Of a stretch of DNA of 64,000 bases, positions 25,485 to 37,873 are shown one piece after another. Each line of letters begins with the position of its first letter. Position 1 is the stretch's first letter. Under the pieces are notes generated by a model that saw only the letters and a list, made by a program, of their open reading frames with translations, was not told the origin of the DNA and searched no databases. The position numbers were made by a program, and so were the translations under genes. Source of the DNA: Botryllus schlosseri (taxonomy: Eukaryota); NCBI GenBank assembly GCA_051294905.1, contig CM119373.1, forward strand, positions 27,342,001 to 27,406,000. The letters are read 5' to 3'.

Positions 25485-26283
25485 CTGCATTCCAAGTTGT
25501 GACGCGAGTATAGAGCGCTATTGCAGACCAACGTTACGTAAGATTTGCAACTTTAATAGACCCTGACATGCATGTAAACTCAAATGCGAAGTGAACTGGG
25601 CAAACTCGAATCGGTTCCTATGCTCCCGACGTCGTAACATTCTCATTTACAGAGGTTAATTGCAATCGCAAGGACCTAATAGCGTGACATGGGCTCGGCA
25701 ACGTGCAGTTATATAATATGAAAAATTGACAAAGCATGAAATTACTGCGAAATTGCTGCGTCATTTAAAATGATCCGTATCGAGTACAACACATAATGCA
25801 CTCGTCGCGTGACAACTCTACTCTCAATCTGGAAATACCTCATAAATTTGCGTACTACCATGCCGTGTGGATGAGGATGAGGATATTGCTTTCGCGTTAT
25901 TCACAACGCTTTCCTTGTACTTTACTGACGCATGGCGCGAAATTCGAATTAGGTGTCAATTGAGGTCGTACGGTAGACCATTTGTAGCGGTAAGGCGTGT
26001 GTACCTAGCTAGCTACCAAAAGAATTGACACGGCTTTCCTGTACCAACAAATATAGTCACTTCAGAGTGTGTGCTCTGCTTCAAATTTACTCTCGAGACG
26101 GGACCACCTTGTTCTTCCTTTTGCTGTATGTAGGCCTACAGCTTGATCACGTTTTACCTGCACCATCATTTATATTGACCAAACATTGTGTCTTTTGTGG
26201 ATAATACTATCATTCAGTTTGGAATAAGAAAAATGCTTTGACCGGATGGATAGATATGAATTTGAAATTCAAGAAAAATTGAG

Positions 26284-27292
26284 ATGCGAAGTAGTATTTG
26301 CGGTTCAATCCGCATATCTTTGCACGAGTATGGTGTGACTTCGTGTTGTTTAGTTCGCTTTAAGTACATTGACGTCGGCAGTTCGCCATCTCATCCGCTA
26401 CGCTTTATAGCGACCGTTGTAAATTTGAATCACCGATTTGTGTCGATCTTAACGGGGGAGATTTCTGTTTCTCTCCGCCCGACAATTTGTAAATGAAGTC
26501 GCAAGCCTTTTGTCTGGTAACAATGTGGTCGTTGGAGGGGTAAGGAGAGTAGTTTTGGTGGAATGAAATAACAAATACGTGTATATTAATAGCCTCCTAG
26601 GGTTCACGTCGGATCTAAACATGCAATTGTGGACATATAGGCTTGTGAGCTATTTCCGTGAGGTAAAATTTACCTAGTTGGGTATATAATGTATTTTTGA
26701 TGGGTAGCGAATTCCGACTAGGACTTCCAAATACTTGCGACCCAGACTGAATATATTTTATGGTCGATCATAACGAGGTATAATATAGTTATACCTCGAG
26801 AGGCCAACGATATCGGTATCGTAGGCCCCGTACCACCTACTGCATCTCCATGAAAGATCTATATACCATTAGAACGACGCGCAAAAATTACTTCATGTCT
26901 GCATTGAATTCACTAAATCGCCGTGTAGAAGCTAAATTCCGTAATGTATTGAAACCACGTGGTTCTCGTGCACCTTATACGAAGTCCCGAATACCTAGCA
27001 TCCATGAGAGTGATCGGCGATCGTGTACTACTGTACTGTATACACTGTACCGAGGGCTCTGTTGGCCACGACTTATATTAACCTTTGAGTCTATATAATG
27101 TACTTGAAATTGTCATATATTAGTTTCTATGTGTCTATCTTAGAGTATAGTTACTGCGGAACAGTCACAGTCACAACATCCGTAAATGGAAAGAAAAGGA
27201 AAAGTTGCAATGGTACTAGCATCAGCGACCGATTGATTGTTCGCAAATCACGTGGCCGAAATGTTTCTCTGACCCCCTACATTGCAATTTAG
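26284..27292 (+). pseudogene. Decayed GPCR remnant (TM3-TM7)
   Basis: TVVNLNHRFVSIL (TM3-like, ~26430), ESDRRSCTTVLYTLYRGLCWPRLIL (TM6 with CW-P, 27010-27080), hydrophobic TM7-like segment from 27098. Confidence 0.5.
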
Positions 27293-29639
27293 ATACAGGA
27301 AGTAATTAACAGCAGAGTCGATTTTACGTGGGCGTTAGTATTGAGATCTCTATGCCTGACGAAGTGAGATACATTATGGTCTTGAAATATCGAATCGTAT
27401 TTAGAGCCGCTGTGATATTCAATGACTGAATTAGGAATAGGACAACTTTTAGAGTATGAGAACGTTGCAATTTGTAAGGATGCATTCAACGATCAATAAC
27501 TTTCCCACGCGTCGCCTCGCACTAAACGTAACAACAGAATCAAAGTGCATGCCCGGTGCTGCATTTAATTATGCGGGGAACCTCCATTAGTGTTGTTATT
27601 ACTCGATTGAAACACTTGGCAACCCCTGTGAATTTACTGGAGAGTAGCGAATCGCCAGGTATCCTAAGACTTAGCTCAAGACGAATTGTTGACTTTCGAA
27701 TTCCTGGAATACCGAATGAATCCTTAACTACCACTTAATTGCGTGGTAGCATCGCGTCAAAGCAGCGTTTAGCGACACTTGGATGCTTCCTCGTCTATTT
27801 ACTAGGCTTTCGCAGGCATAATTTATTCGGTTTCGCACAGAATCTTTTACGTAATTTCCTTTCCATCACGACCAATCTTGATTCGATGTCAAGCTTGATT
27901 AATAAATGTTGTCTGTCACTCACAAATTTTATCTCTTTATACCCGACGATTATGCGACGATCACGTGAGCTGATATGCAAGTTTAAACAGACATTTGTTT
28001 TTCGTTATCTCATAAAAGCATTTTGAAATTCCAGTGAAACATGTTTGCACGATTAATCGGAATATTATTTATCACTCTACCCATTTAGCCATGCCTTACA
28101 CTGAAAGCAACTGAAGCGTGTGGTTATGATTCAAAAATCGAAATACAGCTGAGGGGATAAGGTGCGTTATTGGGAATCAATATTTCCAGAAGAAATAGTC
28201 AGTAACGGACTATTTCTACTTTTTCGAAGTACTGAACTATATTTATCCTCATTGTACTACTCACGCGGGTGTCTATGCTTTTCCACTGTTATTCCACTTC
28301 TAAGAAAAGACTTCTTACGTAAAACTGCTACATTTTTATACTTTAAATTTTGAAAAGTGGAACTTAGTTTTGTGTTGAGCTGGCATCACTTTTATTAGTG
28401 AAAGAAAGAAGTGAAAGGATCCCTGTGTTGCGTTTACTTAGTATATTTTCGAAGATTACACCTATTTTAGTGTAATTATAGTGAAATTGCGTAGGTGGCG
28501 AAGATGCCCTTTGCAATTTGAGGAATAGTCACCTCCAATTAACTGCTAAGAGACTACGACACCACAAACCACTTTTTGAAACTAATTACTTGAGATGTTT
28601 CTAGGCTTTCATATTTCACTTCTACTCGAAGAATGACTTTTCGACACACCAATCCTCTGTTTTAACGATCAGATTTTAGGCGTGACGGCTCGCACGGCTG
28701 TGTGCTACTCAACTGACCAAGCCAGTCAGGAATCAAGGGGTTGCAAGTGTAAACGTAGTAAGATGTACTTTGCACTCATGAGAAAAAATAAACAGCCGGT
28801 GCGATGGTAGTCACGCTCGAGTAATTGTTATGACTACACGCGTTCATTGTGTGGCGTAGCGCTTTCGCGCGTGAATAATTCGTTTTACTGGGCATTGTGA
28901 CTGAAGTTTGATCATTCCACATATAATTACGAATTTGCTGCTGTGACTTTACAACAGTGAATACATCATCACCAACTCATATTGTCCACAACTAATTCTA
29001 ATTCGATTCCCTCCATTTCCTTGCGCATATTATGTCATGTGTAAGACTGTCATGTGTATGTTATGCTCATGGTTGAGTGTGTGTTATGATTCCGTTCATT
29101 GTGCTGTCATCAAATCTGATCATTACATGCCAGATGAATTTTATCCATGCCGGAGACCTTTCGATACACTGCTAGGCCCACTTGCTACAGACCAATAGCC
29201 GTGTAGTATTTTTGATTGGCCATGTTATGGTTTTCCGTCCTGGTCATGTCAAAGAAATGTCAGAGTAGAATGAAGCTGATAAAATATCCACCCATTAAAC
29301 CAAAAGAAGTCTGTGGGAAGGCATGGTCATACACGTGTTGGATAATATAATATCTGGCGGTATAGCATGGTCTCATTGCATGACTTAACGGGAAAGGCGA
29401 TTCACGTGACTTGTATGAGTATGAATTACTTCCCACCTAAGGAAGTTGTCGCATTTGTTTTAAAATGTTGAAAATCGATACCGTGGCTTGTCAAGGACTT
29501 GCCTCCATAGCAAAATACAAAACACGAATTGCAGCGATTAGGGGATTAGGAGATGATTACCGGAATTTTGAAACGGATCCAACGACTTGACTGAATTGAC
29601 GGTGAATTTGCAGTCTCGGAAAATTCTCCTGACTTCAGA

Positions 29640-30200
29640 AGAACACCCATTGCTACTGTATTTTTTTGGCCTTATTTTCGGAACCATTGGAAATTTCGTG
29701 TCTGTTCTGTTGCTTGTTGAGTTTTTAATTCTGCAACACAATAAGACCATTGAACTGCCCGGTGTGGATACGCCTCTATTTTATCGTAAGCCCTCCCAAT
29801 AGAAGTACTTACCATTTTAAATCTTAATATAAGGAGATTTTCTGCTCTTTACCCACATATGCCGCGCCTGTAGCTGCTATGAAATTTCAAATAAGCCCTA
29901 CCCAATCTTTATGCGTCTGTACAGTCGACGCTATATGTTTGTTGACTCGGTCGGAGTAAGGCTGCTGGAGTATGCCGGATCAGTTTGACAAGACAATGAA
30001 GGTACACATTCGCGTAAGAATAGACTCGCAAAGGTTCGGAATAATCGCAAGCTCAATACAGTTCGCGGCACAATCCAAATGAAAGCGGCAATTACTTGAT
30101 GCAGCAATTCAATTTTCGGCATGACAAATCCATAAGACACCCTTATTTACAAAATCAATGACAAATAAAATGAGGATCCGAAGTAAGAAGATCTTATATA
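29640..30200 (+). pseudogene. Decayed GPCR remnant (TM1 onward)
   Basis: LLLYFFGLIFGTIGNFVSVLLLV, a textbook TM1 GxxGN motif at 29689; weaker CSNSIFG TM3-like segment at ~30105. Confidence 0.45.
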
Positions 30201-32175
30201 TCAGTTTTGAAGGACAGTAGAAGCCCAATGACTCAAAGTAATACGACTTGAAAACTATCTTGATATACATTCAATATCGGGAATAGCCTATATAGTGTCA
30301 TTTGGCATTGTTTTTTGCCTAATTGCTTCAAGGGAAGAAAATAAAACGAGATTGCCCGGATTCTCGAAGCGATGTTTCTTGTCATACCAGGCCACAAATT
30401 GGTTGTATAAAAATAGAGAGTTGCTTTTGGGAACAAGACGAAATTCGTTATCTACTTCCTTTTTTCTTCGAGTCTCGCCCGTTATTGAGTGATCTGATTT
30501 TATGCGATCATTAATTACTCTCCGAGTTAATTCCGCGATTTGATCAGCGAATGGGGTGGCCCAAGGTCATGAAACTTGCTGATCGTTCGACCGCGAATTG
30601 TAAATGCGTATTAGCCGTGATGAGCACACTTCAATGCAAACAGCGACATTTAAGAATTGGAGATTATCGACAGAAACAATAATGATGATTTGATTAATGT
30701 ACGTTGGGAGTATTTGCGTTGATCAATGTGCCACATGGTGTTGTAATAAATCTATAATTTCAAAGCGAAAATCCGATTTCGATATACATTGTGCAGATAC
30801 ACATGTATCTGAGCCTTAATACGTCTTGCATGGTATATCTATCAGTAACGCGTGAGTGATCAGCTCATTTCCACCTATGTATTCAACACCGTGCCACTCC
30901 TTAAATACATGCAAACGACATTGTCAATTAAAAGGAATTAATGATCAGCTTCGACCTCAAGGTGATAAAAAGTAATCTTAGGAATGTGCAGTTGGAAATT
31001 GCCTCTTGCCCAAAGGCAGGTATATCTTCACAGGACTACACTTGATGAAAATTTAGCAATTACGGATAAAGACGTGTAACTGAAAATGTATAATTGCAAA
31101 TGCGACAGTGTGTGCTATTCCTGGCTGCAACAATTGTCACGAAAAGTTACGTCACCCTGCCATCAATGTAGGTCAATGTCATTTAGGCAATATATGAAAC
31201 TGGAAAATATCAAGCATGATTCTCGTTGATTTTCTATGGGCTAGGTTTGTTCATAATCGACAACTTGAATCTGAATATAGATTTTGAGAAATAATTCGAA
31301 ATAGCAGGTAAACGATTTTACTGTTACTTCTACCAATCAAGTTAGGATAAAGATATGCCCTCGTCTGTATATACATATATATCGCCGAAATAACTGATAT
31401 CCATAGTGCAAAAAGAAAGTTGTAATTGATACCAGCTTCACCGGAACAAACGCACCGCCGACCATATACCGGCTGTGTTTATCATCAGAAGGTTGTCATT
31501 ATATGATCGTTATGCTATGATGCAGCTGTTAGCACATTCGCTCGGAAAAGTTCGAAAATGATTAGTTAGAAACACATGGTAACCAATGCGCAGGATTCGC
31601 CTGGGCGCAATCAACAATGAATTTGTACTGGGAATGTCTATGATCAACCATATGAAAGTTGTAATTGATGGGAATTTATTATTGGCAACCTGTGGCATCA
31701 TAATGTCGCACTATCCGGTTTTGTAAAACCGAAATCAAAACTTAAAGAAGTCTAAATATTATAAGATATATTACATTCTTTAGGATGTATGCTACTGCAT
31801 TGACCTCAGAAATTGGACAATTGCCAGATTGGAGTCGGAAGTCACATGACTTGAAATTTTCTCGCATGGTCGACCGACGCTTCACTCGATTTCAGTGTCT
31901 TTTCCCGCGTGAATCGTTGTTGCCATGCTGATTGTAATGGCCATTGCTACATCAATAGATGAGCAATTCGCCACTCGTATACAAGCATTTTGATTGACAA
32001 TGCAGGATATGACAGAATCTACATCGATCAGAACAGCTGATACTGCGTATCTGGGTGGGAAAACATTCGCGTTTCGTTGGATTTCGTGTCCTTGGGGTTG
32101 CTAGTTGCTACTTTCAAATTTTTTCACCACGGCTGTATGTTTGTCTTGCTTTGAAAGTAGGAAATATCGTTCGAT

Positions 32176-32763
32176 TTGAATGCTGATGTGCATTTGTTTT
32201 GTCGAGTTTCGATCACTAAATGCAAACATTCTCATTACATATACGCAACTCATATGATACGTTTATCCCTCTTCACTTTCGTATCCGCATGTATCTGCAG
32301 GTGTTTGCAACATTGGATTTTGATGCAAAATGCTTTCACTTTACTTAATATTTTTTCTAACTGCAGCTATGTAGCTGGCGATCAATATTTCATGTCTATA
32401 GATGCACGAGAATATGAATCTACGAACTGTGGCCGAGTTGCACTGGTGTTTTTGAAATTTCGCTGTCCAGCGAGTCACTGGCTGTTGAAACTCAGTCGAG
32501 ACAAAGATCTAAATATAGCCGGGAAAACACGATCAACATCGCTCGTTCCCTCTTTTAGGAAAATAGATATCCAAGTATTTGATTTGACATACCCAGTGAA
32601 TACTCCAAAGCACTCGATTCCCACAATATACCAAAGACCATTCAGGAAATCATTTGAAGTATCTCGTGATGTTTCGATCGGACGCGCGTCCAACTGTGGG
32701 ATACCGCATCGCAACAATTTAGAATTACCTCGTCCTGACTGTCATATATCAAATTGTTGGTAA
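32176..32763 (+). pseudogene. Probable GPCR remnant (TM2-TM4), 195-codon open frame
   Basis: CLQHW..TLLNIFSNCSYVAGDQYFMSI (TM3 with DQY at 32380, same variant as the 52 kb copy), flanked by hydrophobic segments. Confidence 0.35.
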
Positions 32764-34794
32764 TTTTGAAGGCCAGCATGGCGAAAGCAATGGATGTTTA
32801 TTGCAGTAAATTAGCCATACACGACAATTACGACGATTTGGTGCCTGAGTTGGCATTCAAATAAGTTTGGATATATTTTGCTCAAGAATTAGCATTTTCT
32901 ATAGGGTCGATGGCCTAATTCTACTATCAGCGTACTTCTCTACAGACTACACTACATCATAACTTTACAAAACTTTAAAATACTAAAATGTGTATGTAGG
33001 TCAATCTGTAAGTCACAATATAATAAGGGTTAACTATTATCCTCAAACGCATCACGATATTATCAGACATTCGTCGAATTTCTAAATTGTATAACCAGGA
33101 TCTGACACACCCAGAAACACCCAACAGACGACATTATGAAAGGCGTAGTATGCTTTGCATCACACATTATGAACTCTAACAGTGTATACCACCACCGTAT
33201 TTCGTTTCTATGATACAAAGTTAATTCGGGACTGAAGAGTACTTGTAACGATACAACAGTGCGTGTTTGTTGATCGCAATTAAGGGCACTTGTGAGATCA
33301 CGATAGATCACTACAGGGTACCTGTATTAACAATAATGTAAACTAGCTACAATGTAATAGCTATTCATGATGCAATCGTTACTCACATATACCTGCCCAG
33401 CTCTTGCGGCCAATTTATCTGGGGTGTTGTCACCCCCGAATGATACCACATTGTTGAACTTGAAGTACTAACATAAATCAATAATAACCAATCATCAGCA
33501 TACCATATTCATTCAATATAGCTTATACATTCTTGGTATGCTGTCAATCGGTGTTACATACATGCGCGTAGCCAGGATGGAAATTCGACGGAGGGGTACA
33601 TTTTGAAATAATGAAGCCTCATCACGAATATACGTTGTTGCGTAGTACAAACGAATGACTCCACAATACCCAGGTCTACAACATGCAGGTTCCCTTGGCG
33701 TCTTTCGCCCGCCCCTTGTTTATGCACCATGTGATTCAAATACGCAATATTACGCTTGGGTCCGCATTGTAATAGATTGCACGACATGTCATATTAGTCC
33801 GCGGAACTTGAGTCAAAGTATTTGTCAGAGATGTAAATGCGAATTCAATAGATGGGAATTTCATTGGTAGGTTTCCACGACACAGCATTTGCCTTGATGA
33901 TACCAATATAGCACTAGTTACCCAAATATAGATTATACTTGTGGACCGTCACAACTTCAATGTGCGGACTTCGACACTTGAGTCATATCATACAAACGTG
34001 GTTGCAGACATCAAAAGCAATCGCTGCTTTTAAGAGAAAGTGGTTTCAGCTTTGGCTACTGCTGTCGTGGTTGAAATTTTGGCTATTTTTATCTAGCATC
34101 AGTTTCTTCTAAGTGCCATATAGCTGTGTAATCAAATTTCTATGGTTGTACATTATTTCTGTTGATAACTACATTTACTGAGGCGCTAAACCTTATAAGG
34201 CCTTTGAATCGCGACACTGATGTTGGTCATGTATATTAAGTTCATATTATTCGCTTGTGAAAATCTTAGGGTAGCGACTTCACACTCTCGTGTGCAAAGC
34301 CTGGGCTTTCGCGGACACTGAGAATCTATATTTCGGCTACTAGGAACCCTGATAAACTTCCAAAACATATAAACTAATCGTGACCAGTAATGTCATATAA
34401 AATAGCCGTGACCCGAACCTAGTCCCATAGGTATCGTGACTGCAGCGAGATTAACCAACTGCGCCATTCAATTCTCATACAGTTATGTATAGATGTAGGC
34501 TTATTTAATACATGCGTTTCGTATAATGTGATGCGATTTCATTCATAATGTCATCCGCTGCATGACATGACGCGTGCATGTCCGCATAAACAAAAACTTA
34601 GTATAACATTGGTATCGTTGAGCACGATCACACGTGGTATGACATATTATCCTCAATACCGAAGACATATGTCCGTACTCAAACCCATATTTTTGCTCAA
34701 ATCTAGATTGTATATAGGCGATTTTTAATGACATTGCAGTGCAACAGTTATAACAAATATGTATGTAAACTGGGATTGGTAAGTTGTGCATTTG

Positions 34795-35192
34795 GTTGTA
34801 TTAAGGCAAGCATCGCTTTGTTGGACGCTGGGCGATGCGAAGCCCTAGTGGTCCAACCTAAATACTATCCATTCACTGTCTCATGAACCCAGGAAGAGTA
34901 TGGCCGCCAGGCCTTCATATTCCGACCCCGGGGATGCATCCCGTAATTCAAGGCTGTTCTCCCCAGGCACAAGCATGGTGGCGGAGGGATCAGTGGCCGC
35001 AGACGCCCCCTCTAAAGCCTGCTTGTGCCGACCGTTTGAAACTTGACGAAACTGACGAAAAAGGTAGAAAACGGAAGCAACCTTATGGGCCCTATTACGG
35101 GCGCTTGTGGCACATAGTGCTGCGGTGTAATGCCACAAGGCTCGTCACAAGCGTTACGGGGGGAGGTTTACTGCGGTTCCTCCAGACCCCTA
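34795..35192 (-). mobile_element. Short GC-rich RTE-derived non-autonomous element
   Basis: GC-rich island in AT-rich DNA. The 3' end translates LGWTTRASHRPASNKAML (similar to the RTE C-terminal W..A.DR..W motif); the 5' part has hairpins (GGAGG/CCTCC; CTTGTGGCA/TGCCACAAG). No RT domain. Confidence 0.45.
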
Positions 35193-37446
35193 AAAAAGAA
35201 AAGTTTATTAACAATGATCTCTTGGGGACAGAGAACTCTCGACAGGCACTTGTGGCTTCATCAATAAATCGGTATTTTCGGTCCTTCGACTCATTGCACA
35301 TAAACGAATATATTTTACAACTCAATTATGAAAGAGCTTATTATTATTAACAAGTCAGAAATATAAGTATTTGTCTATTGAGATGAACTTAGTTTTGTAA
35401 CACTTTCATTTTAATCTCCGTCAGTTACCTTTTCTGTATTTTGTCTTAGGATCAATGGGATTTCACTCATTCTGACTTTCGATTCGTAATTTAGATGCTT
35501 GACATATGACATGCATATATTCATTGTATGGAATTTTCATGCACTGCACACTGCGCATAATGCGACATACGCACGCACTCTGCGAATTGCTGCAATAAAT
35601 ATGTAATCCAACACAGAAAAATATCAATTCTATCACGTCTGCTACATAATTGCACCTGGGAGCACGCACCAGCCAAAATCATTATGATTTCGGATTGACA
35701 AATGTATAAATGGTTCGCGAGAAGGTTTGCATGCTGCCACGCACCGTTTTTAGCTTACTTTGACCGCTGTACTGGCGGCAATTCTACCTGTTATGGATTC
35801 GAGCTGTCATTTTACTTTCGAATAGAAACATTTGGTAGTCTGTAATATAACTTAAAATATTCCTAATGTTGAAGCATTATACGTGCTGCAATCCACCCAT
35901 ACGGGTGACTTGGGCGTCGCGGATTGTTTGAAATTGAAATAACATGGTAAGCGATATATACAATATCCTAAACCCATGTCTGAAAATATACGATAATGAT
36001 ATGCGAGCAATGAATGTCATCCCGTGACTCTACCTCTGACCGCTTCAAACTGAATACGAGATTTCGGACGCTATGTTCAAATGTAGGAGTACGTGGCAGA
36101 AAACATGAAACAAATGACACTGCGCCAATGAAATACGCGCTAAAATATGTATTTATTCAAATCACCATGTGTTGATACGAGTAATGTTGTGACTTGTGAG
36201 GACAAGTCATCAATCCTGAAATATGCTCACCTGGCATGTAGATCAGGGTAGCTAACTACATTTCGGATGATATTTTCGTTAGTGCATAACTCCTAAAACG
36301 GATACTGGCTTGACTGGTCCTCTTCCAAAATTTTGCATGCACGCATAGTTTGTAGCATTTTTCTCGGAAGGCATTACCGCGCAGTCTTACAGGAATGGGC
36401 CGTGATAGTATTTGAATATTCCAGTGTCAAATTTCGAGAAATGCACGGCTAAATTCAAACAGCGAGTCGTCGGTTCCTTCACGGTCGCGACTAATTTATC
36501 AAAGTTTTGGACAGGTTTCATAATCCGTGCGGCTAGCTAATCCGTGATATCGGCAATCTATTCGAACAGCCCAGACGCAATGATCGTTGAGTTCCATTTC
36601 GACTGCACGTTTTTCATCCATGCCGATCATATTGCGGCATAAGGTTACGATATGGCATAGTGTAGATGTGATATGGTTTCGGAAATTATAATTACGTATC
36701 GACATGAATACTGTTTTCTCGGGCTCTACGATGCACTAACAGACTAACTCAACTTGGAGCGGATGTTATCCGGTCATAAGGCTTCATGGCAAATTGAAAT
36801 TACGTCAATTGCAATAATCTATTGGCATGACTAGGCGGTTTCTTATTAGAGTTCAATGCTTATTTGCCAAACATTTGTATGCGTATTTCGTTGAATATAG
36901 CTGTGACGAAAGATACGCAATGGATTATTTGGTTGTGTTAAGGCCTATTCAAAATGTTTCTTGGGCACGTGCGCACAGGGTGCACTGCTGAAAGGTAATC
37001 TGCGAAATGACAGACTAACAACGCCTTTTTTCAGGCAAAATGCCTCGACAAGGCAATTCAGACAGGCTCACATTTTGAGATACCTTGAGAAAACAATATT
37101 GTCGGATAATGCTTGGTGATCCGCAAATCATCTGGGATGGGTTCCTCTGCAAACATTTTGGGTTGGCTGAAAAGTTCGTATAGTTAATATAATTCAACGG
37201 GATAACTGCTCGCAATTTAGAAATATGTCTACGTTTAGGCTGTATTCAAATGAATTTCTATGATTAGCACGGATATTCCATTTAATGATTTCCCACAGCT
37301 ATCGAGATGGAAGATTGGAATGTCCGACTATAATATCCTAAAATGTCTGCTTACAAATATGCCACGTTACCTTATTTATAACCTGACTGAAATACTTAAA
37401 TCCAACAGTAGATCACGGAAATAGCTGACGTTTCCAGGGTGTCTGC

Positions 37447-37873
37447 CAGAGATGAGCGGATTTGAAATTTCTATGTCCTAATCCATTCCAAATCCGAACC
37501 TTCAAATCCAAATCCAAATCCTAATCCATAACTTTTTCATATTCAAGTCCATGTCCAATCCTAATCCGATTCCAACTGGAAATTCAGAAAAAATATTAAT
37601 TTATGCAATGGAGGGATTCGAAAATTTTCTTTCACAACCAACGATTCACTTGATTCTAGATAACTTAGTAACCATAAGTACATTAATAACTGATCTGAAT
37701 AAAGTCTGTCGCCATTCGCCACACGACATTTCAATCTCCCCGAAAATAGATAAATCCAATCCAAATCCTAATCCGTTCCGAAAAAAATCTCTAATCCAAA
37801 TCCAATCCAAATCCGACAAAATTTCACAAATCCTGTTTTTGCAAAACCTAATCCTAATCCATGCTCATCTCTG
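37447..37873. mobile_element. 427 bp hAT-type MITE
   Basis: TIRs CAGAGATGAGC / GCTCATCTCTG, subterminal AATCCAAATCC/AATCCTAATCC arrays, perfect 8 bp TSD GTGTCTGC. Confidence 0.92.

Noticed and set aside
34883-35350. 155-aa plus-strand ORF
   Set aside because: It is antisense to a GC-rich RTE-derived repeat and shows no domain signal.
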